Source: an uncultured Acidobacteriota bacterium (GTDB lineage Bacteria > Acidobacteriota > UBA6911). Taken from it: a stretch of 64,000 bases of DNA. Below are positions 49,087-60,128 of the stretch, in pieces. Each line of letters begins with the position of its first letter. The stretch's first letter is position 1. The stretch is taken from contig CAWIVH010000005.1 of NCBI GenBank assembly GCA_963839475.1, forward strand, positions 10,357 to 74,356. Direction: 5' to 3'. Both the position numbers and the translations under genes were made by a program. Under the pieces are notes generated by a model that made no database searches, was not told where the DNA came from, and saw only the letters and a program-made list of their open reading frames with translations.

Positions 49087-50376
49087 ATGAAAGCGGAGTC
49101 CGATTCCCCGGCGGGTGCCAATCCGAAATCCACACGCAGAGAGTTTCTTCATTCGACGATCGCCGGCACGGCAACCGTGGCCGGAATGGGCTATGCGGTC
49201 CGTGAGGGTATTTCGCGCAGCCCGAACGACCGGATCGGGATAGGCTTTATCGGTGTCGGCGGACGCGGGATGTCGCACGTCAAGACGCTGCTTCAGATGA
49301 TAGCCGGAGGTGAAAACCTGCAGCTGGTCGCTGTCCAGGATGCTTACGGGCCTCGCCTTCAGGCTGCTGTGGAGGCATCCAAAGCGAAACCCTATCGCAC
49401 TCATGCGGAGCTTCTGGCAGATAAAAACGTTGATGTTGTATGCATAGCCTCCCCTGATCGCCTGCACATTCCCCAGGCCATGGACGCTATCAGAGCCGGA
49501 AAAGATGTCTACTGCGAAAAGCCCATGGGGCATTGGACGCAGATCGAGCCTGCGCGCCAATTCCTGGAGGAAACGCGCAAGCTGAACCGCGTGGTTCAGA
49601 TCGGCAATCAAGGCAACTCCAGCAGCTTCTGGCCGAGGATCCGGGACTTGATCAAGCAGGGTGCCATCGGCCGTCCCCAGCATGTCCAAGCCGGGTTTTA
49701 CCGCTTTGGAGACTGGGGTGAGAGGATGAATATCCCCGATCCCGAAGCCAGGCCCGGCCCTGACCTCGATTGGGATGCTTTTCTGGGGGATGCGCCGAAG
49801 GTTCCCTTCACGGTGCAGCGCTTTTTCAGCTGGCGCATGTTCCTCGACTATGCGGGCGGTCCCTGCACCGATCTTTTCCCCCACGTTTATACGCCGTTTC
49901 TGAGCACCCTCGACCTTAAGGTGCCTTCCCTGGTGTCCACTTCGGGCGGGATCTTCAAGTATGACAATTATGGCCGGGAAGTCCCGGACACCTTCAACAT
50001 GTGCATTGATTTCCCGGAAAGGTTATCGGTGGTCCTGGTCTGCACGCTGGCTAACAGTTACATGACCGAGCCTGCCATTCGTGGTGACGAGGGCACCATC
50101 ACGCTTCAGAATCCCGTTTGGGAAGTGGGCTGCGATACCGTGACTGTCTATAAGCGCGGCAGTTCGCAGCCGGTGGTGATCCAGGGAGAAAAGCCGAACA
50201 GCACACTTGCGCACTGGAAGAATTTCCTGGCATGTGTGCGGAGCAGGGAAAAACCGGTAAGTGACGTCGAGTTCGGGTTCCACGTCCAGGCAGCCCTTTG
50301 CATGGGGATGCTCTCCTTCCTTCAGAAGAAGGTGGCCCGTTTCGACTCGTCTCGGAACGAAATCCAGTTGATCTGA
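49087..50376 (+). CDS. Tat-exported Gfo/Idh/MocA family oxidoreductase
   Basis: STRREFL, IGFIGVGGRG, SPDRLH, DVYCEKP, DLDWDAFLG. Confidence 0.9.
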   Translation: MKAESDSPAGANPKSTRREFLHSTIAGTATVAGMGYAVREGISRSPNDRIGIGFIGVGGRGMSHVKTLLQMIAGGENLQLVAVQDAYGPRLQAAVEASKAKPYRTHAELLADKNVDVVCIASPDRLHIPQAMDAIRAGKDVYCEKPMGHWTQIEPARQFLEETRKLNRVVQIGNQGNSSSFWPRIRDLIKQGAIGRPQHVQAGFYRFGDWGERMNIPDPEARPGPDLDWDAFLGDAPKVPFTVQRFFSWRMFLDYAGGPCTDLFPHVYTPFLSTLDLKVPSLVSTSGGIFKYDNYGREVPDTFNMCIDFPERLSVVLVCTLANSYMTEPAIRGDEGTITLQNPVWEVGCDTVTVYKRGSSQPVVIQGEKPNSTLAHWKNFLACVRSREKPVSDVEFGFHVQAALCMGMLSFLQKKVARFDSSRNEIQLI

Positions 50377-50412
50377 ATCCGGACCTTGCTCAGGAAGGGA
50401 TGACTGAAGGGA

Positions 50413-51348
50413 TCAGCGTGAGGCTCCCTTCGCGATTTCTCTCGCTTTGGCCTCAATTTCGAGCGCGGTTTTCTGCGCTGCTTCGAAATTCACGGCCGGC
50501 GGGTTGCGTTTATGGCCGACGCGAGAAAGCCAGGCTGGTCCCAGAACCTGCCATTTTTCATGTATGAGTTTGAGGATCTCTACCCGAGGCATCTTCGGCT
50601 GGTCCGCTCCCCATGCTTCGAGAACCGTGCGCGCCATGAGCCAATGACCTTCATCCCCCGGATGAATCCCGTCGGCGGCCAGGGTAAATCGCGGATTTTC
50701 CTTTCTCCCTACCTCCGTACGCTCCAGCATCGGTTTATGCACATCCACGACAGGCAAGGTCTTGCTGCGGAGCGAGCGGATCCAGGTGCCGTAGGGAACC
50801 AGCACTTCGCCATCGTAATTGATGTAGGGAGTTTCGTAGCCGAACTGCGGCGCATCCCTGCCGACCACTTTACTCCGAGCTGCAACGGCGTCGAAGGGAG
50901 GCGGAGTTAGAAGTACGGCCTTCGCCCCGGCGGCTTGGATCCTGCTGATAAGCTGCCGCATGCCCTCCTGGAACGCGGCGAACCTCTCATCGGAAAAGGG
51001 GTGATAGATACCGTCATTCATGCCGTAACAAACTACTACTACATCCGGCTTGGATTTAGTGAGGGCGCTTTCAACGCGGTCATGGATGTTGGGGCGGGGA
51101 AAGGGATGAACCGGTTCGGTTAATCCTTCCACCGTCTCGCTGCTCAGCCCGAGCTTGATGACCTCGAACCTCTGCGCAGGAAGATTCTGTATCAGCCATG
51201 ATTCGATGATTTCCACGTAACGGCCATCCTGTGTGATGGAGTCGCCCAGGAAAACAACACGCTGAGCGTCCTGAAGAAAGAAATCGGCGGCAAAAGTCGA
51301 GGAAATGAGGAAGCAAAACAGGGTGGATGAGCAGAGGATTCGTTTCAT
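50413..51348 (-). CDS. SGNH/GDSL hydrolase
   Basis: Signal peptide, VVFLGDSIT, CYGMNDG, DGIHP. Confidence 0.9.
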   Translation of the reverse strand: MKRILCSSTLFCFLISSTFAADFFLQDAQRVVFLGDSITQDGRYVEIIESWLIQNLPAQRFEVIKLGLSSETVEGLTEPVHPFPRPNIHDRVESALTKSKPDVVVVCYGMNDGIYHPFSDERFAAFQEGMRQLISRIQAAGAKAVLLTPPPFDAVAARSKVVGRDAPQFGYETPYINYDGEVLVPYGTWIRSLRSKTLPVVDVHKPMLERTEVGRKENPRFTLAADGIHPGDEGHWLMARTVLEAWGADQPKMPRVEILKLIHEKWQVLGPAWLSRVGHKRNPPAVNFEAAQKTALEIEAKAREIAKGASR

Positions 51349-51502
51349 GATTCATTTGTCCTGAAAGGTGGCTGTTTCCGAGACCCCAAAAGGAATTCAA
51401 AGCTGTATCTTATACTTTTTGCGCCGATGCAAAGTGTATTTTGATTTTCACTCCTCCGGTGATTCTGTGATAAAGAAAGTTCCTGAAAGGGGCATACCTG
51501 GC

Positions 51503-52276
51503 ATGAATTGGCTGACGATATTGTTTGCGCTTGTGGGCGGATTATTCCAGGGTGGATCGGTCCAGAGTCAGGCACCTCCAAAAAGAGTTCTGCTGGCCGT
51601 TGGAGCCCACGCCGGTGACATGGAAATCACCGCCGGCGCGCTCCTGGCAAAACAGGCGAAGGCGGGAGACCGCGTGGTGATTCTCCATCTGACCCTGGGC
51701 GAAGGCGGCGACCCGCGCAAAACTCCCCAGCAATACGGGGAGCAGAAACGGAAGGAGGCGGTTGAGGCCGCCAAAGCCATCGGCGCGGAAGTCCTGTTTG
51801 GGCCCTACAAGGACGGGGAACTTCCCAATAACGACGAGGTGCGAAGGTACGTCTCGGATGTCATACGCCAAGTCAAGCCCACCCATCTAATCACCCATTG
51901 GAAAAACAGCCTGCACAAGGATCACACGACGACTCATGCGGTCGTGACAGATGCAACCCTGATGGCATCGCTCCCGGGTGTTCAAAGCATATTTCCCGCG
52001 CATCGCGGCCTCCGATCCATACTCTTCGCGGAGAACTGGGAGGACAAACCCGATTTCAATCCCTACGTCTATGTCGATGTTTCGGATTCGATTCAAGAGT
52101 GGGAAAAATGCGTGACACAGTACGAGTTTATCCGGGGAGGCGTATCCAAATACCCCTATCTGGAATACTACAAAGCCTTGCTGAAAGTGCGCGGGGCCGA
52201 GGGAGGAATCGGGCTGGCTGAGTGCTTTGATATTGACCCTTACGGGAAAAAACAGGTCTACCGGTCCCTGCCCTGA
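51503..52276 (+). CDS. PIG-L family deacetylase
   Basis: AVGAHAGDME, LTLGEGG, THWKNSLHKDH; signal-like N-terminus. Confidence 0.88.
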   Translation: MNWLTILFALVGGLFQGGSVQSQAPPKRVLLAVGAHAGDMEITAGALLAKQAKAGDRVVILHLTLGEGGDPRKTPQQYGEQKRKEAVEAAKAIGAEVLFGPYKDGELPNNDEVRRYVSDVIRQVKPTHLITHWKNSLHKDHTTTHAVVTDATLMASLPGVQSIFPAHRGLRSILFAENWEDKPDFNPYVYVDVSDSIQEWEKCVTQYEFIRGGVSKYPYLEYYKALLKVRGAEGGIGLAECFDIDPYGKKQVYRSLP

Positions 52277-52719
52277 ACTGCAAAAAGCTTTGCCAGCTTT
52301 TCCTTCCTGTATCTAAAAATCTTTTCAACGTCTCGAGCGACGAACAGACGCCGAATAATTTCCCCGCCCCATACGGCATAGCGCACATCGTCGATGACGA
52401 TGGTGCTGCTACCCGAGGCTTCGAAACGGTGCTCGTGGTGCCACATCCTGTAAGGACCCCGGCGCTGTTCATCTACAAAGCGAAAGGGCGGATCCCATTC
52501 CGTGATTTCGCTTTTCCATCGCAGCGGGAAACCATGAATTTTGAGCCTGTAATCAATCAACAGCCCTTTCCGCATTTTCAGGTCCGTCTCGGGGAGTATT
52601 TCGAAGCTGAGCCAGGGAGGGGTGATTACCTGCAAGTTTTGGGGGCTGGCGAAAAACGGGAAGATCTCATCGATCGGCCGTGGCAGCTCCTGACTCGTAA
52701 TCAGGGAGAATATTCTCAT
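52258..52719 (-). CDS. SRPBCC family protein
   Basis: IFPFFASPQNLQVITPPWL, FVDEQRRGPYRMWHHEHRF; ATGA overlap with hrpB. Confidence 0.9.
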   Translation of the reverse strand: MRIFSLITSQELPRPIDEIFPFFASPQNLQVITPPWLSFEILPETDLKMRKGLLIDYRLKIHGFPLRWKSEITEWDPPFRFVDEQRRGPYRMWHHEHRFEASGSSTIVIDDVRYAVWGGEIIRRLFVARDVEKIFRYRKEKLAKLFAVQGRDR

Positions 52720-55262
52720 AGCACCTCCGGGTCGGGCCATGGGTGTTTCGGATACCGGCGCTGCAGCTCTTTTCGAATTGCCGGATAATGTTTTTTCCAA
52801 AATCCCGTGAGGTCGCGCGTGACCTGGACGGGCCTTCCATTCGGAGCCAGCAGATGCAGGGTTAATGGCAGGCGCCCGCCGCAGATAGCGGGCGTACGGT
52901 GGCAGGGGATGAAGTCCTGCAGCCTTGATTCGATCCATGGCGGCCTTCCGGATTCGTAGTGGATTTTGACCGTCCGCTTCGGATGAATCATGATTCGCTC
53001 CGGCGCCTCCCGGCGCAGAATTTCGCGCTGCCTTGCGGCTAATCCTGCCAGGATTCCTTCGCAAAGCGAGACGCTTTTGAGATCCGCCAGCCGGGTTCGC
53101 TCGATGCATGCCCTTTCGATGGTTGCCCGGAACAGGTCGGGGCCCACGGAAGGGAATCTCTGGTCCGGATAATGGATCGAGAGGCATTCGAGGCGCACCA
53201 TCAAGGCTTGCATTTCCTGCTGGTCGGGGAAAACCCCGGGATTCTTAATGGCTGCTTCGGCAAGCATGGCTGCGGCTGCCGGCGATGGCGGCGCGGGATG
53301 GATTTTTTCCTCCAGGACGACTTGCCCGTAGGTGGTCCGCCGCTGTTCATCCACGCGGCCGGCCGGTTCGTTCCATACGATCCGGGTTTCTTCTATCAGA
53401 AACTCAGGAAACAGGTCCGCAATCCATTCCGGCTCGATTGCGGAAGCGAGCCGCACCCACACGGAGCCCGCTGTTCTGGAGGCCGGTTCGCCGCGGCGTT
53501 CCGTGACATCCAGTGCAGCCATCAGCTCAGCTTTGTGTACACCGCTCTCATCGGCAAGCCTCGCGCTGCCGCCTCCGGAGAGCAAGAGTTCTCGCGATGT
53601 GGAGGATCGCCTGCGTGCCACGCGATCGGGAAAGGCGGACAATATGGCGATTTGGAGCGCTTCGTCCACCTCCTTGTCCGCATGAGGAGGCAATTTGCGA
53701 CTGCCGGCGAGGCGTACCAGCTGCGCTTCTGCGCGGCGGACGCGATCCAGGGCGCCCCGATCCAGCTTCATGGCTCGAAGCCGGCCAGGCTCAAAGCCTC
53801 CCTTCTCGGCTTCCCGATAGCTGTCCCGCATTTCGAGAAGATCGGAATCTGCATTGTGCCGCGTGACTCTTGTGCGGGACCCTGCCGAAAAGCCTGTCCG
53901 GGAATCCGATCTTATGTCCCGCTCCCCGAGCAGCGCGGCGAGGAGGATGCCATCCCTGGAACAGTTCCGGTTTTCGCTTTCGACGATCAGTCGGGCGAGC
54001 CGTGGGTGTAAAGGGAAACGGAGCATGCTTCTTCCGGTTGAGGTCAGGCTCCCGTGTACATCCAGTGCTCCAAGCCTGATGAGGATCTCTTCCGCGGCGT
54101 CGAGCGCTGCCGTCGGGGGCGGCTCAAACCATGGAAACGCCCGCGGATCCTCAATCCCGGCACCGTGCAGCATAAGGAGGGTTTCGGCCAAATCCGAGCG
54201 ACGGATTTCAGGAATATCATGCTCGGGGCGGGATTCGAAATCCATCTTCGTATATAGGCGGATCACTCGTCCGTTGCGGGTGCGGCCGGCGCGCCCGGCT
54301 CGTTGTGCGGCGGATGACCGGCTGATTTTGACGGTTTGCAGCACAGGAAGCCCGCTCCAGGACGAATGCGAGGCGGCACGTGCCAGGCCCGAATCGATGA
54401 CCGCCGCAATCCCGGGTATGGTGACAGACGTCTCGGCGACGTTGGTTGAGAGAATTATTTTTATCTTTTCAGACGGACGTATCGCTTCCTCCTGCGCCTC
54501 GGCCGGTAGATCGCCATGAAGAGGATAAAGTGCCAATCCTCCATTGGAAACAGTTGCGGATAGAGCCTCGGCAGTCTTTCGGATCTCCGCAGCTCCCGGC
54601 AAAAATACCAGCACGTCCCCATCTAATCCTTCGCGGAGGAGGCGCAGCAGAGCAGCACGGGTCTTTTCTTCAAGCTTCAAATCGCTGGCTTTGTCCTCAT
54701 GATCGATCCTCACGTCGTATAGGGTCCCTTCGCTCCTAATAATCGGGGCATTCCCGAGGAATGCGGCCAGGGGGGCAGCATCAAGAGTGGCTGACATCAC
54801 CACCATTTTCAGGTCCGGCCGACCCTTTTGTTGCAGCTGGCGCAGGAAGGACAGGGCTAGATCGGTTGTGAGATGACGCTCGTGAAACTCGTCGAGGATG
54901 ACGGCTGCAACTCCTCGAAGCTCAGGATCCTGTACGATGCGGCGCGAGAGAATCCCTTCCGTGACAAATCGGATCCGTGTGGCGGCGCTGCCGATTTGCT
55001 CGAACCGGACTGAATAGCCGACGGTGCCGCCCGGAGTCTGGCCCATTTCCGCGGCTACCCGTCGTGCTGCCAGCCGAGTCGCAAGCCGGCGGGGCTCGAG
55101 GATGACGATTTCACCGGGGGCGGCTAACCCTCCGTCGAAGAGGGCGCGAGGCACCCGGGTCGTTTTTCCCGCTCCGGCAGGAGCGGTCAAAACCACCGCC
55201 GGCTCGCTTTTCACGGCGGCGACAATCTCGGGCAGGCAGGTATCAATCGGTAAAGGATCCAT
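52716..55262 (-). CDS. hrpB: ATP-dependent RNA helicase HrpB
   Basis: APAGAGKTT, LEPRRLA, DEFHER, MSATL, STNVAETSVTI, QRAGRAGR, C-terminal YPKHPWP. Confidence 0.95.
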   Translation of the reverse strand: MDPLPIDTCLPEIVAAVKSEPAVVLTAPAGAGKTTRVPRALFDGGLAAPGEIVILEPRRLATRLAARRVAAEMGQTPGGTVGYSVRFEQIGSAATRIRFVTEGILSRRIVQDPELRGVAAVILDEFHERHLTTDLALSFLRQLQQKGRPDLKMVVMSATLDAAPLAAFLGNAPIIRSEGTLYDVRIDHEDKASDLKLEEKTRAALLRLLREGLDGDVLVFLPGAAEIRKTAEALSATVSNGGLALYPLHGDLPAEAQEEAIRPSEKIKIILSTNVAETSVTIPGIAAVIDSGLARAASHSSWSGLPVLQTVKISRSSAAQRAGRAGRTRNGRVIRLYTKMDFESRPEHDIPEIRRSDLAETLLMLHGAGIEDPRAFPWFEPPPTAALDAAEEILIRLGALDVHGSLTSTGRSMLRFPLHPRLARLIVESENRNCSRDGILLAALLGERDIRSDSRTGFSAGSRTRVTRHNADSDLLEMRDSYREAEKGGFEPGRLRAMKLDRGALDRVRRAEAQLVRLAGSRKLPPHADKEVDEALQIAILSAFPDRVARRRSSTSRELLLSGGGSARLADESGVHKAELMAALDVTERRGEPASRTAGSVWVRLASAIEPEWIADLFPEFLIEETRIVWNEPAGRVDEQRRTTYGQVVLEEKIHPAPPSPAAAAMLAEAAIKNPGVFPDQQEMQALMVRLECLSIHYPDQRFPSVGPDLFRATIERACIERTRLADLKSVSLCEGILAGLAARQREILRREAPERIMIHPKRTVKIHYESGRPPWIESRLQDFIPCHRTPAICGGRLPLTLHLLAPNGRPVQVTRDLTGFWKKHYPAIRKELQRRYPKHPWPDPEVL

Positions 55263-55292
55263 CGTTGGAGAAACTGAGTCGAAAAGCTCGAT

Positions 55293-56838
55293 TTATAGTA
55301 TAGCCTCGATCAAACTCGGACCCTGGACTGGAAAACGATTGCCCGAGTTGCTTGGCCAGCTCCTGGGCCGTATCGACTCGCACCGCCGGGACCCCCATTC
55401 CGCGGGCCAAGGATACCCAATCCAGGACGGGCCGATCTAGGTCCGTCATTCCGGCCGAAGCCGGACCCGACGCCTGCATTCCTGCCCGCGCCAATTCAAT
55501 TTTAAGAATGCGGTAGCTGCGATTCGCGCAGATGATGGTAGTGACGTTTAATCCCTCTCGTGCCTGAGTCCAAAGAGCCTGGTTGGTGTACATGGCGCTT
55601 CCGTCGGCCTGAAACGCCAGGACCCTCCTGTCGGGGCAGGCCAGGGCTGCGCCCGTGGCGCAGGGAAGCCCCATTCCTATCGACCCTCCTGTGTTGCCCA
55701 GGTAGGTGAAAGGCGGCGCTCCGGCCGAAATCTGAAAGTAGGGATGGGCCGAGCTGACGGCTTCATCGACCAGGATCAAGCCTTCCATTTGCATGGAGGC
55801 GATGGCCTCCCCCAGACTTTGCGGCGTGATGGGCCCGCTGGGGCAGTGGGGCCGGACGAGAGGAGCGACCGGGCCATTCGCCGGGGCGCCGAGGGAGTCG
55901 GCCAAGGATTCCAGTGCATTTGCCGCATTTTCTTCGGGGCGTGCCAGGATGGCGAGCCGGGTGTGCTCGGGAGTCAATCGGCTGGGCAATCCAGGATAGC
56001 CGAAGAATGCGACAGGCTCCGTGGCCCCTGCGAGTATCAGGAATTCGAATTCAGCCAGGCGCGCCAGAGCCTGCTCAGGGAAATAGGGCACCCGTTCGAC
56101 TGCCGGAAGACCCGCGCCCCTTTCAAGCCGAGCGAGGAATGTCCCGGCGATAATGCTGCAGCCCGTGGCGGCCGAGATCCGCGCCGCTGCCAGCAGACCC
56201 GGGCGGAACAGTGCCTGTGTGCCCAAGAGCAAGGCGACGCGCCTGGATTTCTTCATGATTGCGCGGACGGACTCGAGAGCTTCTCCTGAGACAGGCGCCA
56301 ACTCTTTCGCTGCTTCTGGAATTTCCACCGGTCCCTCTGCTTCCCCTGATTGACAATCCATCGGAACAATGAGAGTTGCCACATGGCCCCCTTGGGTGCG
56401 GGCAGCCGCCAGGGCTTCGGCGAAATCATGCGGGAGGCTGCGGGCGCTGGCGGAGGTGCGCACCCATGCTGAAACCGGTCGGGCCAGCGCAGCGATATCG
56501 GAAGTGAGCGGCGCATCCGCAGATATATGCCAGGTCATATGCTCACCGACGAGATTCACTATCGGCGAACGCGCCCGGCGGGCATTGTGAAGATTGGCAA
56601 TTCCATTGGCCAGGCCCGCTCCGTGGTGGAGCAAGGTAAGGGCTGGCCTGCCCGTCATCCGCGCATAACCGTCGGCAGCTCCAGTGCACACCCCTTCAAA
56701 CAGGCCCAGGACCGATCGGAAACCGGGGATGGTTTCGAGAGCTGCCACCAAAGGCAATTCCGTTGTTCCGGGATTTGCCAGGCACAGTTCAATGCCCGCT
56801 TGCTTCGCTGTCAGGATCAAAGCCTCCGCTGCTTTCAT
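55293..56838 (-). CDS. thiamine pyrophosphate-dependent enzyme (acetolactate synthase large subunit-like), apparent extra base near the 3' end
   Basis: NPGTTE, GAADGYARM, ThDP motif ADGSAMYT..N; removing one G at 55321-55323 gives the ending PGPSLIEAIL-stop. Confidence 0.88.
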
Positions 56839-56840
56839 AT

Positions 56841-59762
56841 CTACTTGTCCAGGCTGGGGCTGCCGCTGACCTTCGGGTTCGAGACGGGTCCGGTCAGGGC
56901 GCGCATGACGGCTTCCAGGATGGATTGCCGGGCTTCTTCAACTAATGTGTTTTTGCGGGTCGGGTGCACGCGATTCGTCAACAGGATGATAAACACTTCC
57001 CTAGGCGGATCGATCCAGATGGAGGTCCCGGTAAAGCCGGTATGGCCAAAGGCTTGAGGTGAAAAAACCCGCTCCGTCCACTTCCCGGGCACGGGCTTAC
57101 CCCAGCCGAGGCCGCGTCCTCCTTCGGGAGATCCCTGCAGCGCCGTAAAACGCGCGATTGTTTCGGGATTAAAATAGCGGCGATGATCATAAAAACCGCG
57201 GTTGAGAAGAGTCTGGGCGAAGATCGCAAGGTCGTGAGCCGTGCTGAACAGTCCCGCATGGCCTGCGACACCCCCCATGGCAAATGCGTTTTCATCGTGA
57301 ACTTCCCCGCGAATAATTCGATTGCGCCATGGATCGTCTTCTGTCGGGGCAATGCGCGGCAGCAGATTCTTTGCGGGTCTATATTCCGTCGATTTCATGC
57401 CCAAAGGGCCGAACAACCTGTCGGCAAGGATCTTTTCGAGCGGGCGCGCCGATGCTCTCGCAATAATCTCGCCGGCAAGGATCATGCTAAAGTCGCTGTA
57501 GACCGATTTGGTGCCCGGCGCATATTCGAGCGGGACGTCGAAAATCAGCTTCAAAATGGCATTGTAGCCCTTGGCTTCCAGGTAGAGCGGCTTAAAAGCC
57601 GGCAGCCCGGCTGAGTGGGTGAGCAAATCAATAACTTTGATCTTTTCTTTTCCCTCACCTTTGAATTCGGGCAGATAGTCCTGGACGGGGGCGTTCAGAA
57701 GGAGTCGTCCGGATTCAACCAGCATCATGGCTGCCGAAGTCGTTGCGACGGCCTTCGATACCGACGCAAGATCATAAATGGTGTCGCCGGTGACTGCCGC
57801 GGAGGCATTGGAGTAGTCCAGCCGTCCCGCAGCGGTATCAAGCACGACGGATCCCCGATAACCCACGACCAGGGCTGCGCCGGGGAATGCTTTCTTTTCG
57901 ACGTAATCGGCGAGGACCTGCTCGGTTTCCCTGAAGGCGTCTTCCGGCAATCCCATCTCCTGGGGAGGTTTTTTTCCCAAAGTCAAATCAAGCCGGGGCA
58001 ACTGCACGCCGTCTCCAATCCTGGCATATTCCGGGATGGATACAGGCATTCTTCCGGTGATGGCAATTTCCCCGGAAAGAGCTTTGGCGACGGAGGAGAA
58101 GGAAACGTCCGCGTAGCTGAAACTGCAGATGTATCCTGCGACCTTCGGGACCGCCCGCAAAACGTAGGGATTTCCGAAGGCGAGCAGCATGACCGGCTTG
58201 CCTGATGCCTGGAGCTTCTCGATTGCCTGCCTGTGATTTTCCGGCATCGCAAGGCTTCCCTTTCCAGAAATCACCCGGACCAGCGTGCTGCACAGGATGA
58301 TGTCGGAATCCGAGGCGGTTTTTATAATTCCGCGAATCATCTCATCGGGAGTCCTGGCATCAATAGTTCCCGATCGCAGCGAAGGAAATCTGCGTCTTAA
58401 ATCTGCCTGGAATGCCGTGCCCGGGGAAGGATCCGAGTCCGATGAGAGAACGAGGCTGTAGATTTTCTGCGCCTTGAGCGGATTGAGAGGCAGCAGGTGC
58501 TGGTCGTCCCTCACCAGGGTTATTGCCTTTTCCGCCATTGTTTGGGCCAGTTGCTGGCTTTCGGGGGAAGCGATAATTGCGGCGATCGGATCGAGGGGAG
58601 TCACCCGCTTTTTGTGCAGTCCCAAGGCGGTCTTGGCGCTCAGCACTCTTTCCACCGATTGATCAATCCGGGCAACCGAAATGTCCCCGCGCTCCACGGC
58701 GCGCACCACCTCGTTGATTGCCACTTCAGTGTCCGGTGGCAGCAAGAGCAGGTCGGCTCCGGCCTGAAGGGCTCGAACTGCGGCCAGCCCTCCCCAGAAT
58801 CGCGTGGTGATGCCTCCCATTTCCATGGCGTCGGTGACAACCAGCCCCTTGAAATGCAGTGTGTTTCGGAGCAGCCCGGTCAGGATCTTCGGTGACAGTG
58901 TTGCTGGCGTGCCGCTCTCACCGGTTATTTTGGGAACGGCGACATGCGCGGTCATGATGGAGTCTACGCCAGCGGCAATCGCGGCGCGAAACGGCACCAA
59001 CTCCACTGTGTTCAACCGTTCCTCGTCCGAGGCTACGACTGCGAGCCCGATATGAGTATCGGTTGCGGTATCGCCATGCCCCGGAAAATGCTTGGCGGTG
59101 GTCATGACTCCGTTATCCCTGGCCCCCCGAATGTAGGCTGAGCCCAAGCGGGCTACCAACTGCGGATCCTCCCCGAATGACCTTATATTGATGACTGGAT
59201 TGTCCGGGTTATTGTTTACATCCATGACCGGCGCATAGATCCAATGGACACCCATGGCCCGAGCCTCTCTGGCGGTAATGGCTCCCTCGCGGTATGCCAG
59301 TTCCTCGGAACCTGCGGCGCCCAAGGCCATCGTCCACGGGAAAGAGGTGGTATCTGCTATGCGGAACGAAGCGCCCCGTTCGAAGTCAGCCGAGACCAGC
59401 AGCGGCAGCGCGGATGCTTTTTGCAGGTCATTGAGAAGCACTGCGGATTCATAGACATTTCCAGCAAAAAGGATTACGCCGCCTACCCGGTTCTGCCGCA
59501 CTTCTTTTTCTAGATCGAGGAACTCCCGGCTCTGATGGTTCAGAAACTTGCCGTTTACCCTGACGGCTATCAACTGGGCCACCTTGTCCCGGAGCGTCAT
59601 GGCTTTCATCGTTTTTGCGATCCAGGACTTGTCCGGGTTCGCGAATTTGTAGGTCGCTACGGGTTGGGTTACCGGGCGCTTCGCCGCAGGAGATACAGCA
59701 GTTGCGGAGTAGACAGAACACAAAAGAACCGCGAAGCAAAAACCAATCCGTTTTGATTTCAT
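56841..59762 (-). CDS. GH3 beta-N-acetylglucosaminidase (NagZ-like) fused to a beta-lactamase-fold serine hydrolase (AmiE-like)
   Basis: SADFERG, RSFGED, KHFPGHG, VVTDAM; then LASVSK (SxxK), YSD, LLTHSAG, GHTGFTG; signal peptide. Confidence 0.92.
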   Translation of the reverse strand: MKSKRIGFCFAVLLCSVYSATAVSPAAKRPVTQPVATYKFANPDKSWIAKTMKAMTLRDKVAQLIAVRVNGKFLNHQSREFLDLEKEVRQNRVGGVILFAGNVYESAVLLNDLQKASALPLLVSADFERGASFRIADTTSFPWTMALGAAGSEELAYREGAITAREARAMGVHWIYAPVMDVNNNPDNPVINIRSFGEDPQLVARLGSAYIRGARDNGVMTTAKHFPGHGDTATDTHIGLAVVASDEERLNTVELVPFRAAIAAGVDSIMTAHVAVPKITGESGTPATLSPKILTGLLRNTLHFKGLVVTDAMEMGGITTRFWGGLAAVRALQAGADLLLLPPDTEVAINEVVRAVERGDISVARIDQSVERVLSAKTALGLHKKRVTPLDPIAAIIASPESQQLAQTMAEKAITLVRDDQHLLPLNPLKAQKIYSLVLSSDSDPSPGTAFQADLRRRFPSLRSGTIDARTPDEMIRGIIKTASDSDIILCSTLVRVISGKGSLAMPENHRQAIEKLQASGKPVMLLAFGNPYVLRAVPKVAGYICSFSYADVSFSSVAKALSGEIAITGRMPVSIPEYARIGDGVQLPRLDLTLGKKPPQEMGLPEDAFRETEQVLADYVEKKAFPGAALVVGYRGSVVLDTAAGRLDYSNASAAVTGDTIYDLASVSKAVATTSAAMMLVESGRLLLNAPVQDYLPEFKGEGKEKIKVIDLLTHSAGLPAFKPLYLEAKGYNAILKLIFDVPLEYAPGTKSVYSDFSMILAGEIIARASARPLEKILADRLFGPLGMKSTEYRPAKNLLPRIAPTEDDPWRNRIIRGEVHDENAFAMGGVAGHAGLFSTAHDLAIFAQTLLNRGFYDHRRYFNPETIARFTALQGSPEGGRGLGWGKPVPGKWTERVFSPQAFGHTGFTGTSIWIDPPREVFIILLTNRVHPTRKNTLVEEARQSILEAVMRALTGPVSNPKVSGSPSLDK

Positions 59763-60128
59763 AACTTAACCTGAGAAAAGATCAAATCCCTGAATATGGA
59801 GTCGGAAGCATACTATCACAGCAAGCCCGAACCCTAGCCGGAGCGGAAGCGGACCGGCGAAGGGGACGCACATTTTATAAATCCACAATGGGAACGAATC
59901 ATGTTATTTTTCGAGGCGGCATCATGACGATTCGCCCGTGATACGATTACCGAAATATCCGGGCGCGGCCGGAGGGGTGCCGTAAACGGCTGAGCAATTG
60001 ATAAAAAGAACCTTCGCTTCTAGGAGCGAGCGGTTTCCGCCCGGCCTCCGGAGCCCCACGATTGGTCCGGGATATCGCGGAAACTGAAATGGGAAAAACC
60101 TCTTGAGGTAATATCAGGGCAGATCACC

